DNA of 64,000 bases, taken from positions 64,001 to 128,000 of the forward strand of contig JBFMAF010000034.1 of the NCBI GenBank assembly GCA_040755995.1. The letters run 5' to 3'. Of this stretch, positions 10,401-19,467 are shown piece after piece. Below the pieces are notes generated by a model. It did not search any database, was not told where the DNA came from, and saw nothing but the letters and a program-made list of their open reading frames with translations. The stretch comes from Acidobacteriota bacterium. Lineage in GTDB: Bacteria; Acidobacteriota; CAIWXX01. A program made the position numbers and the translations under genes. The first letter of the stretch is position 1. Each line of letters begins with the position of its first letter.

Positions 10401-11120
10401 GATGTTACGTCGATGACAAAGGCGATTATCTTCGACTTGGTTCGGAAGGGATTGGTTGAAAGGCATCGCTTGGCGCTCTTGCATACGTGCGCCGATCAGT
10501 ATTTCCCAAGGGAGTCGGAGTTGTCAGACATCGCGGAGCAACTGACGATCAGCCTTGACAAGGTGCGCTCACCCAAGGGCCTAAAGGAGACCTTCGACGA
10601 GCTGGACAGGAGAGTCACCGGCACAAAGGGGCCATACGAATGCAATCAGATAGGAGAGACACACGCGGACCCCAGTCAACCCGTATTTCTTGCCGCGCTC
10701 ATTTCGCTCAAGCATGAACCTATCAGAGCGATACTCGAACAGGGCGCCGTCGAGCGAAGTGCGATGATCTATCCTGTCCACTCTGCGGGTAGGAGGGCGC
10801 GCCGTTCGGTGGTGGCGGAGCAACTGGCTCATTTCCTGGGCCAGATGTACCACGGAGATGCGATTCCCGCGAAATCTCTGGATCACGTAGCAGTGTATCG
10901 CGAACTGAAGGCGCTCCATCAAAGGTGGAGTCTCAGCTCGTCATACAATTTCGAGGTGGCATTGGCGGGGACCAAGATGCACACGGTTGGGGCGGCGATG
11001 TTCGCTGCGACAGCAGTGCCGTCGTCAGTGTACTATGCCAAGACGAAGGGGTTCGATGTCTCTGCATTCACGCAGGGCACGGGAGAGACACAGGCGCATG
11101 TACTGGAGCGGACGGAATGA
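7419..11120 (+). CDS. Multidomain protein: Zn-ribbon, Ser/Thr kinase-like domain, P-loop ATPase (ORC/CDC6-like) and C-terminal Rossmann/CARF-like region
   Basis: CFLH..CSEC; kinase motifs SRGFYGAVY, AIKV, MEYVRG, HNDLHSEN, DLG; Walker A GMRGCGKT; Walker B LLFLLDD; the C-terminal assignment (GFEDRS, IDVTSMTK, GTKMH) is tentative. Confidence 0.75.
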   Translation: MNQPGGTMLRQEYACFLHPRSKGQSLDEKCSECGLPFSFPLSNAPVEIAGRTIRRGISRGFYGAVYEAEHRTIRNRTSAIKVIPFAIYAPVESGGYGKDFSAELQLHQELSAIDLVARLLDAGEFELSFNNVRIPCHWLEMEYVRGPTLRDLIEAGPENPRIIAQVASDLFDLVEQLQQRGKFHNDLHSENVKIVPLDRGLWRSSAIAKNVQTKVLDLGSVADASKSAPARWGDIHQVASHILSLTEAYERAIPSVEPGDQRIVSRLRQAAQHWCAADCDSRRARPHDLKASIAAACSYGAEWWMESHRLDAIGAHINAVTMPSHRAHALFCGPAGWRDVMLESGTTLLTGMRGCGKTMLLRSIHWQARVFQYDGETEEEVRERVNTDRFLGLFVSCATLLRGPRPTHIPELVMHRLFLAFALEAVHFIETCDLRKIGSFDGHGSARLSDLAARIAPWYIAPQEPADLYALEASILSALNNVPSESGGIAELNPREAFEDLTAVLRSWGDVVGSKRLLFLLDDVSVRYMSRENVETILKQLCFQSGMFSFKLSTETQTLALHAPGEKLAQVGRDYQVFDLGEEVFAILRDRKQSCEFFKDILMKRAVSTTNLSAAQRGMPDILLGRLSLTDIARGIRGEFGKGKKGEKFLYWSLDGLVALCVGDLGDIITLYERMVQHVAPERPSVAPNVQHKELIDFAEARLRALAVRDPWLYSHAVAFAQASNRELLGSTPQRLRQYAEVDVTIGIEAANELFPLVMKLVDEGVFVATGATSRMKSRDVLQFKLAFRKILGLTHRIPLSMRDRFELQNARLSSWLKSPSSAVLESSRAADETEPDAEQEPEPSAVELQAAEQQLSLAFDGESMTRGDARKPDEAPSIARVLPTPRLLHDVTSRRIPPSRWGAALANCTVVAAIGFEDRSIGAWKNLLVRTVPRRAVLLRYPDPGLMNAANERILTSMLRESTVDTVIVDTGSLPSDDLALCVAADVTGLLVIDVTSMTKAIIFDLVRKGLVERHRLALLHTCADQYFPRESELSDIAEQLTISLDKVRSPKGLKETFDELDRRVTGTKGPYECNQIGETHADPSQPVFLAALISLKHEPIRAILEQGAVERSAMIYPVHSAGRRARRSVVAEQLAHFLGQMYHGDAIPAKSLDHVAVYRELKALHQRWSLSSSYNFEVALAGTKMHTVGAAMFAATAVPSSVYYAKTKGFDVSAFTQGTGETQAHVLERTE

Positions 11121-11147
11121 TGCGGCGGGCAAGTCTGAGGGGTAGTC

Positions 11148-11564
11148 ATGCCTGATGTCTTCGATAGGCAGAAGCGATCCGAGATTATGCGCAAGATCGG
11201 GCCCAAGGACTCGGCACCGGAGATGCGCGTCCGCTCGATCGTTCACCGCCTGGGCTACCGGTTCCGACTCCATGGTCGTGATCTCCCAGGCACCCCCGAC
11301 ATCGTGCTGCCCGGGCACCGCAAGGTCATCTTCATGCACTCCTGCTTCTTCCACGGCCATAGGGACTGCCCGAGGGCGACAATTCCGGCGACGCGCTCGG
11401 GGTTCTGGGAGGTCAAGATCGAGGGCAACGCCAGGCGTGACCGCGCGAGCCGCCGTAGGCTTAGGCGCCTCGCATGGGAGTGCCTGGTCATCTGGCAGTG
11501 CGAGATACGAAAAGGTACCGAAGAGCGGCTTCGGGCGAAGATCCGCAGGTTCCTGGAGGGGTGA
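11148..11564 (+). CDS. vsr: Very-short-patch repair endonuclease
   Basis: DVFDRQKRSEIMRKI, DLPGTPDIV, FMHSCFFHGH, FWEVKIEGNARRD, VIWQCE. Confidence 0.95.
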   Translation: MPDVFDRQKRSEIMRKIGPKDSAPEMRVRSIVHRLGYRFRLHGRDLPGTPDIVLPGHRKVIFMHSCFFHGHRDCPRATIPATRSGFWEVKIEGNARRDRASRRRLRRLAWECLVIWQCEIRKGTEERLRAKIRRFLEG

Positions 11565-11750
11565 AGGATGGGGAAGGGCATCTTCACGCCGGGCGCAACC
11601 GCCGCATGACGACATCCCATAGATCCGCTACCGCTTGACCGCAACGAACCCAACAAGTCCCGAGAGGAGGAGCGGCGACCGGATGTCCCGCTTCGCGGAT
11701 GCGGGGGGTGAGTCCATCTTTCGCGACATGCTCGCCGATCGCAGAGTCCG

Positions 11751-12380
11751 TGTGGCATACGGCTCAGACAAATTGACCCACTTTGCTCAGATAAACTGAC
11801 CCACCTAACGGACGGCCTTTTTTGTTTCCAAGCAGCAACATCTGGGTCGAGTCTGGTGAGTGGTATATGTGTGGACGAATCCGGGTGGTCCGCATGCAGG
11901 GTGGGCGGAGGGGGACGGCGCACTTAGCGGATTGTTGACCGGGGATCTCGGAAGCAGATGACCGGGGGTTTGGGGAAACGTGACTGCGGGCGGTCACTTG
12001 GGGGCGAGACGGCGGTCAACAGTTGCGCAAACGCGTTGGGGGCCGCGTGGGACAGGGCGGTCATGCTCCCAGCTTTGAAGGAGGGAAAGGAATGAAGGCA
12101 TGGCAAGAAAGCGGCCATCCATCCGCCATGCACGAGACATTCTGCCACTGAGGCGCGAAGTCCCGGCTGGGTGTTCGAGAGACCGCCCGCAGCCAGCGCG
12201 AGGGTCGCGGCAAGCTCGTCAAGTACCTGCGCTGGCGCAGGCAGCGGAGGGTAGGGTGGTCGCTGCCGGAGGTGATCGCCCACGCCCAGCTGCAGCAGTT
12301 GCTCTCTTCCGCCCAGAAGCCTCCGCCGGTGGCCCCCGCCCGGGGGAGAGACTGGACGCTATTCAGGAAAAGCAACCCCG
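11751..12380 (+). mobile_element. Decayed IS21-family remnant(s): terminal repeats plus a frameshifted istA 5' end
   Basis: TG-initiated end with two 23-bp-period repeats GCTCAGAYAAAYTGACCCACYT (11762-11806); from 12100 MARKRPSIRHARDIL..VKYL..WSLPEVIAHAQLQQLL..DW, resembling the IstA N-terminus across broken frames. Confidence 0.65.
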
Positions 12381-12444
12381 CGTTGTGGAGCATAGAGCGG
12401 GGGCCACGCTCCGGACCACCATCGATTCAGCAGAGGAGCCCTGG

Positions 12445-13500
12445 TCACGCATCGCGAAAGGCACTGCTCTCCTTCAAGAAGCGCGCCACCGCCGCAGCAT
12501 GCCATTTAGCGAGCTCGGGAGGGAAGGCGTTGCCGATGAGCGCAGCCGCCGGGAACTTGCCCCGGCACAATTGGAAACGATAGCCGCGGCTGAACGATTG
12601 AAGGAGTGCGGCCTCACGCAAGGTCACGCATCGGTCCTCCTGCGGGTGTAGAAACCGCCCTTTGGAGGGATTCACACAACCAGTCGTGATGGTCGGCGCA
12701 ACAGCGTCCCATGCCATACGCCCGTATACATCCGAAAACCCGCGGCATCGTTTGTGACACGGTAAACGAGCCTCCCGGCCGAGATCACTCATGCTTCCGC
12801 CGTCCTTCGGGATGCTGCCAATCAGCCTCCTGGTACGGCTGGTTCTGTTCTCCGGTAGGTCGTGGACCTCATCTCCGCTGTCGCCTGGTCGAGGCAAACA
12901 GCCGATTGCGTCACGTACGGTGCGACGGACAGTCAAGGGATCCGGGTATGGGATCCTTGCGGCGCGTGCTGCGAGGAGGATGACTCTTTCGCGCCGTTGT
13001 GGCACTCCGTAGGCGGCCGCGTCGACTTCGCGATAGTCGGCGGCATATCCCAACTGCTCCAGGTCACGATGAAACCGATGGAATTCGGTCCGTCGCAGCA
13101 GCCCGGGCACATTCTCGAACATCACTGCCTTGGGCAGCATGCCAACTACGAACCGGAGGAAGTCACGTATGAGTCGATTCCTTGGATCGGGAATCGTCCG
13201 AGAGCCGTTCAGCGTCCGAAGGCGCGAGAACCCCTGACAGGGCGGACACCCAGCCAACAGATCCAGGTCTCCCTCCTGCAGGCCTAATTCATCCATGACT
13301 TCCTCGGTTGACAGTGCGCGGATGTCCGTGCGCCAGATCCTGACCTCGGGATGATTGAGGGCGTAGGTATCGGCGGCGAGACGGTCGATTTCGATCGCGG
13401 CCAGGACCCTGAAACCCGCCGCCTTTAGTCCCGCCGTCAATCCACCGCAGCCGGAAAAGAGATCGATCGCGGAATAGCGGGCTTCTTCAACGACCACCAT
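12445..13500 (-). CDS. dcm: C5-cytosine DNA methyltransferase
   Basis: DLFSGCGG, GCPPCQGFS, ENVPG, YGVPQRRER, IGNAFPP. Confidence 0.95.
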   Translation of the reverse strand: MVVVEEARYSAIDLFSGCGGLTAGLKAAGFRVLAAIEIDRLAADTYALNHPEVRIWRTDIRALSTEEVMDELGLQEGDLDLLAGCPPCQGFSRLRTLNGSRTIPDPRNRLIRDFLRFVVGMLPKAVMFENVPGLLRRTEFHRFHRDLEQLGYAADYREVDAAAYGVPQRRERVILLAARAARIPYPDPLTVRRTVRDAIGCLPRPGDSGDEVHDLPENRTSRTRRLIGSIPKDGGSMSDLGREARLPCHKRCRGFSDVYGRMAWDAVAPTITTGCVNPSKGRFLHPQEDRCVTLREAALLQSFSRGYRFQLCRGKFPAAALIGNAFPPELAKWHAAAVARFLKESSAFRDA

Positions 13501-13524
13501 TGTCCCTCGGAATCCACTCTCTGG

Positions 13525-15195
13525 CTACGAGGATCGAGCGCTTTCTGCCAGCTCGCTGATCATCGCCTCGCTACGAGCTGTAGCAGCTGCCTCCTGACTG
13601 TGCGACCAACGCTCCGCCGCCTCAAGGAAGTTCTCGTCGCCTATGGCCGCGATCTCCAACTCTTTGTCGTGCTCCACCTGGATGATGAGCGGGAATCGGA
13701 CGGCTTGGCCGCTGATGATCCCCTGGCCCGGTCCGAATCCCGGGAGTAGACGGCTGTCGTCCTTGCTCAAATTCTCCATGACCTTCTCGACGAAACTCTG
13801 GTCACGCGGGTTCACCAAACGAAAAATCATGAACGTGTTGCACTGAGAAAGGGCCGTCTCGTCCAGGCGGCTTGGACGTTGGCTGACCAGCAGTAGGCCT
13901 GTGCCGAATTTGCGTCCCTCCGTGATCACCTTCCTGATGATCTCGAGCGAGGGGGTGTCCGCCTGCCCTTCGCTGTGCGATGGAATGAAGTTGTGGGCCT
14001 CTTCCACGACTGCCAGGAAGGGAGGGATCGCGTTCGACATGGAGGCGCGATGTTCGAATAGTTGTTTCAGCACGATCGACACTATGGTTGACTGCGTGAG
14101 GTGGTCGTAGCCGCCCAGGTACAGCACGCTCGCTTGGTTCGGCCGCACGAACCCGGCGGGATTCGTTAGGGGATCGGGCATGGGTTCAAAGGGAAACTGT
14201 TGGAGTGACGCCTGCTGCCGCAGTCTCTCATTGGATTTCCCCATTTGCTGTATGTAGCCACGCACAATTCGCAGTCCGCGTTTCACCGCGGGAACCGTAC
14301 CGGGGTGGCTCCCTTTCGGCAATTCATCGAGTTTCTGAACCAATAGTTGAAGGAAATCGTCAAGCCCGACTTCGGAACGGAGTTCCACCTTCTCGAGCGC
14401 CTCGTCGTATCTGTCCCTTTGTGCGTCTGAAAACCCCTGGGTCATTTGTGACACCAGGTATCCCACGAGATCGCGGTTTTCGGACTTCACACGAAGGTTC
14501 GGGTAATAGAGACGCACAGTTCGACTGGGGAATAAGTCTCGCCTCGTGTAGAGGCCTAGGTAGTCGCCATGGGGATCCAGAATCAGGAGGGGATATCCCA
14601 GCGTCAACAACTCCCGAATGATTCTCCGCGCTGCTACCGTCTTCCCTCCGCCCGTCATCGCAAGGATCGCCATGTGACGAGCCACGATCGGACTCGTCTT
14701 GATCCTCACTTCGACATTAGAACGGCCGATCAACGTGCCCAATTTCAGGCGTGGAGCATCTTCGTCGCCCGTCAGGATGGTCTTCACCGACTCGGCTGGA
14801 GGCAACAGCACCTCGCCTCCCGGACTGACAGGATAGTTGAGTGGGCGCATACGCTTGAAGTCACCCATAGGCGTCGCCCCGAGAACCAGCACTTTTCCCT
14901 CGACCTGGTCCCGCGACAGCGAGAGCACGGTGTCGCGGAGTTCGAGTCGCTCCTCGGCGAGCTCTTGGCCTGCCTCTGCCGGGAGAAAGGGGTTGAATCG
15001 GCCGAGTTCTACGATCCTCCCCCAAACCGCCACTCTTTCTTTCGTCAACGCCTCGCGATCGGACCCGGCAGGGCTGGGAACGTCCATCTCAGTGTACACG
15101 AGGTCCCCGAGTTTCGCCGCGTAGTTGCGCATGAAGAAACGGTACTCCTGAGGTGTCGTGTTGCCCACAACGGTGCCCACATGAATGCCAACCAT
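13525..15195 (-). CDS. herA: HerA/FtsK-family ATPase
   Basis: N-terminal HAS-barrel-like region, RHMAILAMTGGGKT, ILDPHGDY, VVEEAHNF, EGRKFG, SQRPSRLD, SQCNT. Confidence 0.9.
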   Translation of the reverse strand: MVGIHVGTVVGNTTPQEYRFFMRNYAAKLGDLVYTEMDVPSPAGSDREALTKERVAVWGRIVELGRFNPFLPAEAGQELAEERLELRDTVLSLSRDQVEGKVLVLGATPMGDFKRMRPLNYPVSPGGEVLLPPAESVKTILTGDEDAPRLKLGTLIGRSNVEVRIKTSPIVARHMAILAMTGGGKTVAARRIIRELLTLGYPLLILDPHGDYLGLYTRRDLFPSRTVRLYYPNLRVKSENRDLVGYLVSQMTQGFSDAQRDRYDEALEKVELRSEVGLDDFLQLLVQKLDELPKGSHPGTVPAVKRGLRIVRGYIQQMGKSNERLRQQASLQQFPFEPMPDPLTNPAGFVRPNQASVLYLGGYDHLTQSTIVSIVLKQLFEHRASMSNAIPPFLAVVEEAHNFIPSHSEGQADTPSLEIIRKVITEGRKFGTGLLLVSQRPSRLDETALSQCNTFMIFRLVNPRDQSFVEKVMENLSKDDSRLLPGFGPGQGIISGQAVRFPLIIQVEHDKELEIAAIGDENFLEAAERWSHSQEAAATARSEAMISELAESARSS

Positions 15196-15214
15196 AAGAC
15201 GTCCCTCCTCAATG

Positions 15215-17011
15215 CTACTGAGCCTTGGGTCTGAAGAAGAAGTCGCGCGGGCCCCTCGCCAGTAACAGTCTGACCTGGCTGACCAGGCGCGGGTCCCCTG
15301 TGTTCATCGCTCGACGCAGCATCCCCGCTGACAGGCTCGCGGATACGCCGCGCGACAGCCAATCCGGTACCTTGGCGTACTTGTCGACGATGTCAAGTCC
15401 GACGGGGAACGCATAGCGCGGCAGCAACCTGGCGGTGTGGTAGAGGAATCGCGCAATGAAACCTGAGACCTCGGCGGCGGCTCGATTCATCTCCACCCTA
15501 AACGGGAAGTTACTTTCCTCACTCTTGACGAGCATCGCCGACGGGCGGGGATACTGCGCCACCACGGGCTTCCAGCGATCACGGGCCCGCACCTCCAAGT
15601 TCTTGTCGACTTCTATGGGAGTGAGGTACTCGCCCTCCTTGAGAATGCAACCGAAAAGGAAATCGTCCGTGATGTCATACTGCTCGATTTTCTCGATCGC
15701 TGCCTCCTTATACGCTGCGGTAAAGACACGCTCCCGCTCCAAGCGGTCCATGACCGCCGTGGTGACCGCCCTGCCGACGGGGCGCTCCACGACTCCCACG
15801 ACGGGGATGGTGCATTCGTCGATCAGCTGCATCAAGTAGGCGTAAATCGCCATGAACTGATTCCACATGGACGGTTCGCCTGGAATGTGCTGGACCTTGT
15901 TCGAAACCTTCCCTTCGTCGATTCCGATCTTGTTGAGGAATCCCGGCGCCAGGAACGGCACGTAATTCGGTGGGCCTTCGTCATACTGCTGGAAGGCGTT
16001 CACGAGGGGCCCGTGGATCAGAAGGGCCCGCGTCTCCGGATGCTCTCTCAGATGCAGCAGAGCCGTGAGAGCCTCCAGGGTGTACCGCGCCGCCTCCTGC
16101 AGACGCTTCGGGTCGGCGCGTTCAGGAAGGCGTCGACCTCCGTCCAGGAGGTCTCCGATGACGTAGGGGTGCATGGACCACTGCTCCCGGTGCTCTGGTT
16201 CTTCCACCCCGGGGCGAACCGAATATACGCCGACTCGCAACGCCAGCGGTTCGATGCCCGGGAGCGAAGCAATACGAGCCACGCCCCCGTCAACGAATGC
16301 GAACCGCTCTCCCTCCACCTCAGACCACATATCTAGATGGGACTTGCGTATCTGTCCGATCCGGATCTTGGAGCCGGCGGTCTCCAAGGAGGCGCGCAAT
16401 TGCTCGGCGAGTTTCTTGACGACTATCGGAAAGTGGATGTTTTCCTCCGTCCTCATCGAGAACAGGTGCGAAAAGAGCGCGGTCAGGATGTGCGGTGCGT
16501 CCAGGAAGCGCGCGGCGTGCAATGCGAACAGGTCGGGATCCTTTGCACTCGCCTCACGGTATAGGGCCTCGACAATATGCGGCGCTTCAACAACGGTCGC
16601 CTTCGTAGGTGGGATGTCGTATGATTGGAACCGCAATGCGGGTTCGATCGATTCGAGTCTGGACAGAAACTCGGGTTCCCACACGTCCACCACGCATCGC
16701 GCCTCGCTCTCGCTGCCTTCAATGAAGAAGGCGACGATCTTTCCGTGCAAGTCCGCAAGCTGCAAGTGCCTGCAGAGCCCCTCACACTTGACGTAGAAAG
16801 CCTCCTTGAACACCTGTATCCTGGCAGAGCCCTCTGCGACAATAGTCCCGGGTGTATGGTCCTTGAACTTGATCAAGAGGCAGCAGCCGTCACGCAGATG
16901 GCCCGCGGCAGGTCCAACCGGACAGAGGGCGTGTTCGGCGATCCGTCTGGCGTTCTGTTCGCCGCCGAGCAACCAGCCACCGTCGACGAGGATGAACAAG
17001 TTCCGATGCAC
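15215..17011 (-). CDS. nurA: NurA-like nuclease with an extra ~200-aa N-terminal region (GTG start)
   Basis: FAFVDGG, LLIHGPL, VVGVVER, YAFPVGLDIVDKYAKV match NurA motif order; immediately upstream of herA. Confidence 0.75.
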   Translation of the reverse strand: MHRNLFILVDGGWLLGGEQNARRIAEHALCPVGPAAGHLRDGCCLLIKFKDHTPGTIVAEGSARIQVFKEAFYVKCEGLCRHLQLADLHGKIVAFFIEGSESEARCVVDVWEPEFLSRLESIEPALRFQSYDIPPTKATVVEAPHIVEALYREASAKDPDLFALHAARFLDAPHILTALFSHLFSMRTEENIHFPIVVKKLAEQLRASLETAGSKIRIGQIRKSHLDMWSEVEGERFAFVDGGVARIASLPGIEPLALRVGVYSVRPGVEEPEHREQWSMHPYVIGDLLDGGRRLPERADPKRLQEAARYTLEALTALLHLREHPETRALLIHGPLVNAFQQYDEGPPNYVPFLAPGFLNKIGIDEGKVSNKVQHIPGEPSMWNQFMAIYAYLMQLIDECTIPVVGVVERPVGRAVTTAVMDRLERERVFTAAYKEAAIEKIEQYDITDDFLFGCILKEGEYLTPIEVDKNLEVRARDRWKPVVAQYPRPSAMLVKSEESNFPFRVEMNRAAAEVSGFIARFLYHTARLLPRYAFPVGLDIVDKYAKVPDWLSRGVSASLSAGMLRRAMNTGDPRLVSQVRLLLARGPRDFFFRPKAQ

Positions 17012-17051
17012 GATGTCCTCCCTTCAGCGAGTCTCCTGACGGCCTCCTGAC

Positions 17052-17080
17052 AAAGTATGCCTGAGGCGCATTGATGTCAA
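17052..17080 (-). promoter_or_regulatory. Possible sigma70 promoter for nurA-herA-dcm
   Basis: TTGACA-N17-TACTTT on the minus strand about 40 bp upstream of the start. Confidence 0.4.
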
Positions 17081-17389
17081 GCGGCATCGGAAAGCATCCC
17101 TGCAATTCAGACGCTGGGGAGAGGATTCGGCGATCCAGCGGGCGCGGCAGCTACGGCAGGGGCACTTACCTACGTTGGAAGGCGGGGGACCGGGGGGGGC
17201 CGGCGGTGCTGCGGTGTGAATCGAGATGTGGCATCACTGGAGAAGGCGGGAATGCCCACGCAGATCACGCCATCTGGTCTGAAGAAGCCAAGTGGAATCC
17301 GTTGAGACTCACGCGAGCAAGGGTGAGACCGGTCCGGAGCTTCTAGTAGAGCCAGAGGGGGAGCGGTGGAGGTGTCAGTGCCCTCGACG

Positions 17390-19048
17390 TTAAGGTGCTC
17401 TTGGGTTGGCCAGGAGGCTGTAGATTTCGCGCTTGAGGGACTGGACCTTCTTGAGGAGTTTTCTCCGGGGTTCGCCATCCGGGAGAAGCAGGAGTATCTC
17501 AGCGAACTCCGGGAGTGAGATCAAGCAGAACTTGTGTTGGTAGTAGAGCGCGACGACGTCGATTGCGGGTCCAAGGCGGCGGAGGAATTGGACCCTCGTT
17601 CCGCGGGTGAGTTCCCTTCGCTGGCGGAGGAGGTGGACTTGGAGCAGCGTGTAGGTGAGCAGGACGAAGAGGACGTGAGCGAGAACCAGGGAGAATGCGC
17701 GGGACGTGACCCTCATGAGATCCCAGAAGCACTTGTACTGGCGGTGCCGTTCCTCGATGGTGGGGCGGAGCTCATAGGTGGAGCGGATCTGTGCGGCGCT
17801 CCAGTCTCGCGCCGTGGTGACGATCACCCACTCTTCAACCTGTCCATGAACATCGATTTCGCGGCTGATGACAGCGGTCAGTGGCACGGGGCAGCTACTC
17901 CAGCTTGAGAGATCACGAACGATTCCGATGAGGGTGAGTGCTGGGACCATGGGCGGGGGCGGAGGGAGTCCTTTTCGCGCGGCCAGGGTCTGTTGTCTCT
18001 TTGCCTCGCGCTTGATGATTGTCGGATGTTTGGGCCGATCCGTTTGATCTCGCCGTGTTGCCACAGGACGTAGGAAGATCTCCCACGCGAAGTCCTTCAT
18101 CGCGGCCAACGCCTGAACATCTATGAAGGCGTCCATGTTTTTCCTAAGAGGCATCACCGTATCGATCTGGTGAATCTGCTTGAGCCGCCCGATCGCCTCC
18201 CCGTCGATGAATCCACGATCCAGAATGAGCACACGCATCCAGCCGCGGCCAACTGCCTTCACAAACTCCTCGACCATTTCATAGAGAATCGCAGACTCGT
18301 GCTCGTTACCAGGAACGAGTCGCGCAGCGACCACAAAGAAGAAATCCATATTTCGATTGATATGGATCAGGTTGACCAGCTTGTAGCATCGCCTCCACTG
18401 GTAGCGCGTGTCTTTCAAGTCGACTTCTTCGTCGTTGACCGGATGGTTATGTTCGTCGAATAGCAGCCTGACCGACCCCTCGTACCATTCATTGTCCGGG
18501 ACGAACACATAGGAGGCGTCCCCGATGTAGACCCCCTCGGCATCCAGGAGCTTGCTCCCGCGTAGCGCCCGGGGCACCTCTCGATTGAACCAGGCATGGA
18601 GCAGGCCAGAATCCGTATCACGGCCTAACTTGCGGAGGAAGTCCTGATCGCAGGGCGTCTGCCGGCCATTCGTGTTCTTGTCATTGAACCCCGTGCAGGC
18701 GAGCGACACGTCCCCTGAATCCGGATGAACCACCTTTCGTCCCACTTCCGGCCCCAGCGCGCTGATCAAGCCTCCTGAGCGGATGACGTAGGGAAAGGCC
18801 CGGTAGCTACCCGTCCCATGCAACCGCAGGCTCATCTGACTCGCGATGTAGACCCAAACCGGGACCTCCTCCTTCTTGCGCGGGGTCGGGTAGGTCTCCA
18901 CCAGTCGATCCATTATCGGGCGCGCAAGAATGTGCCGGAAGAAATCGGCCTCGGCCGCCTCCGTCACCGGTTCAAGATAGTCCAGATTCCCCGCGCGGAG
19001 CGCGTCTAAAACAAACTCCCGATCATGCTCGAACGTAATAAGGTTCAT
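17390..19048 (-). CDS. DDE transposase
   Basis: IGDAS (D), ILDRGF (D), YELRPTIEERHRQYK (Y-R-E-K signature). Confidence 0.88.
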   Translation of the reverse strand: MNLITFEHDREFVLDALRAGNLDYLEPVTEAAEADFFRHILARPIMDRLVETYPTPRKKEEVPVWVYIASQMSLRLHGTGSYRAFPYVIRSGGLISALGPEVGRKVVHPDSGDVSLACTGFNDKNTNGRQTPCDQDFLRKLGRDTDSGLLHAWFNREVPRALRGSKLLDAEGVYIGDASYVFVPDNEWYEGSVRLLFDEHNHPVNDEEVDLKDTRYQWRRCYKLVNLIHINRNMDFFFVVAARLVPGNEHESAILYEMVEEFVKAVGRGWMRVLILDRGFIDGEAIGRLKQIHQIDTVMPLRKNMDAFIDVQALAAMKDFAWEIFLRPVATRRDQTDRPKHPTIIKREAKRQQTLAARKGLPPPPPMVPALTLIGIVRDLSSWSSCPVPLTAVISREIDVHGQVEEWVIVTTARDWSAAQIRSTYELRPTIEERHRQYKCFWDLMRVTSRAFSLVLAHVLFVLLTYTLLQVHLLRQRRELTRGTRVQFLRRLGPAIDVVALYYQHKFCLISLPEFAEILLLLPDGEPRRKLLKKVQSLKREIYSLLANPRAP

Positions 19049-19467
19049 TGCTTCTTCTCCCGATTCCTCCGAAGCCGACGAGGCGGCGGTGGTGGCAGCC
19101 GCAATGCCTTCTCCAGCCGGTCCACTGCCGCAAGAATCTCACTCTGAATCCGCACGAGAGTCGCCCGAGCCCGGCGGAAATCCCGATAGCGCAGCGTGAG
19201 CCGTTGAACCCGGAGACTGTCGGCAGGGGACACCGACCGCAAGCGCGTCTTGCCCTCCTCACTCCAGGTGATAACGTCGCTGACGTGTCGCGCCTCCTCA
19301 GACCTGGCGCAATGGCAGCCGGCCTTCCCGCACCGCGTGCGCAGCTTGTAGAGCGTCCCCTTGATCAACTCACGGGGTCGCAACAACGCCTCGATCAGGC
19401 GGCGATGCCGCTCGATCAGGTCGTGGAGCGTCTGCCTTTGACGGCTCGCATGTACCAAATCGGCCAT
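19045..19467 (-). CDS. IS-associated small Cys-rich protein (DUF6788-like)
   Basis: GTL...RCGKAGCHCA motif; stop overlaps the transposase start. Confidence 0.7.
   Translation of the reverse strand: MADLVHASRQRQTLHDLIERHRRLIEALLRPRELIKGTLYKLRTRCGKAGCHCARSEEARHVSDVITWSEEGKTRLRSVSPADSLRVQRLTLRYRDFRRARATLVRIQSEILAAVDRLEKALRLPPPPPRRLRRNREKKQ

Noticed and set aside
11762..11806. Tandem repeat as a mini CRISPR array
   Set aside because: Only two adjacent units with no spacer and no cas genes; fits IS21 terminal repeats better
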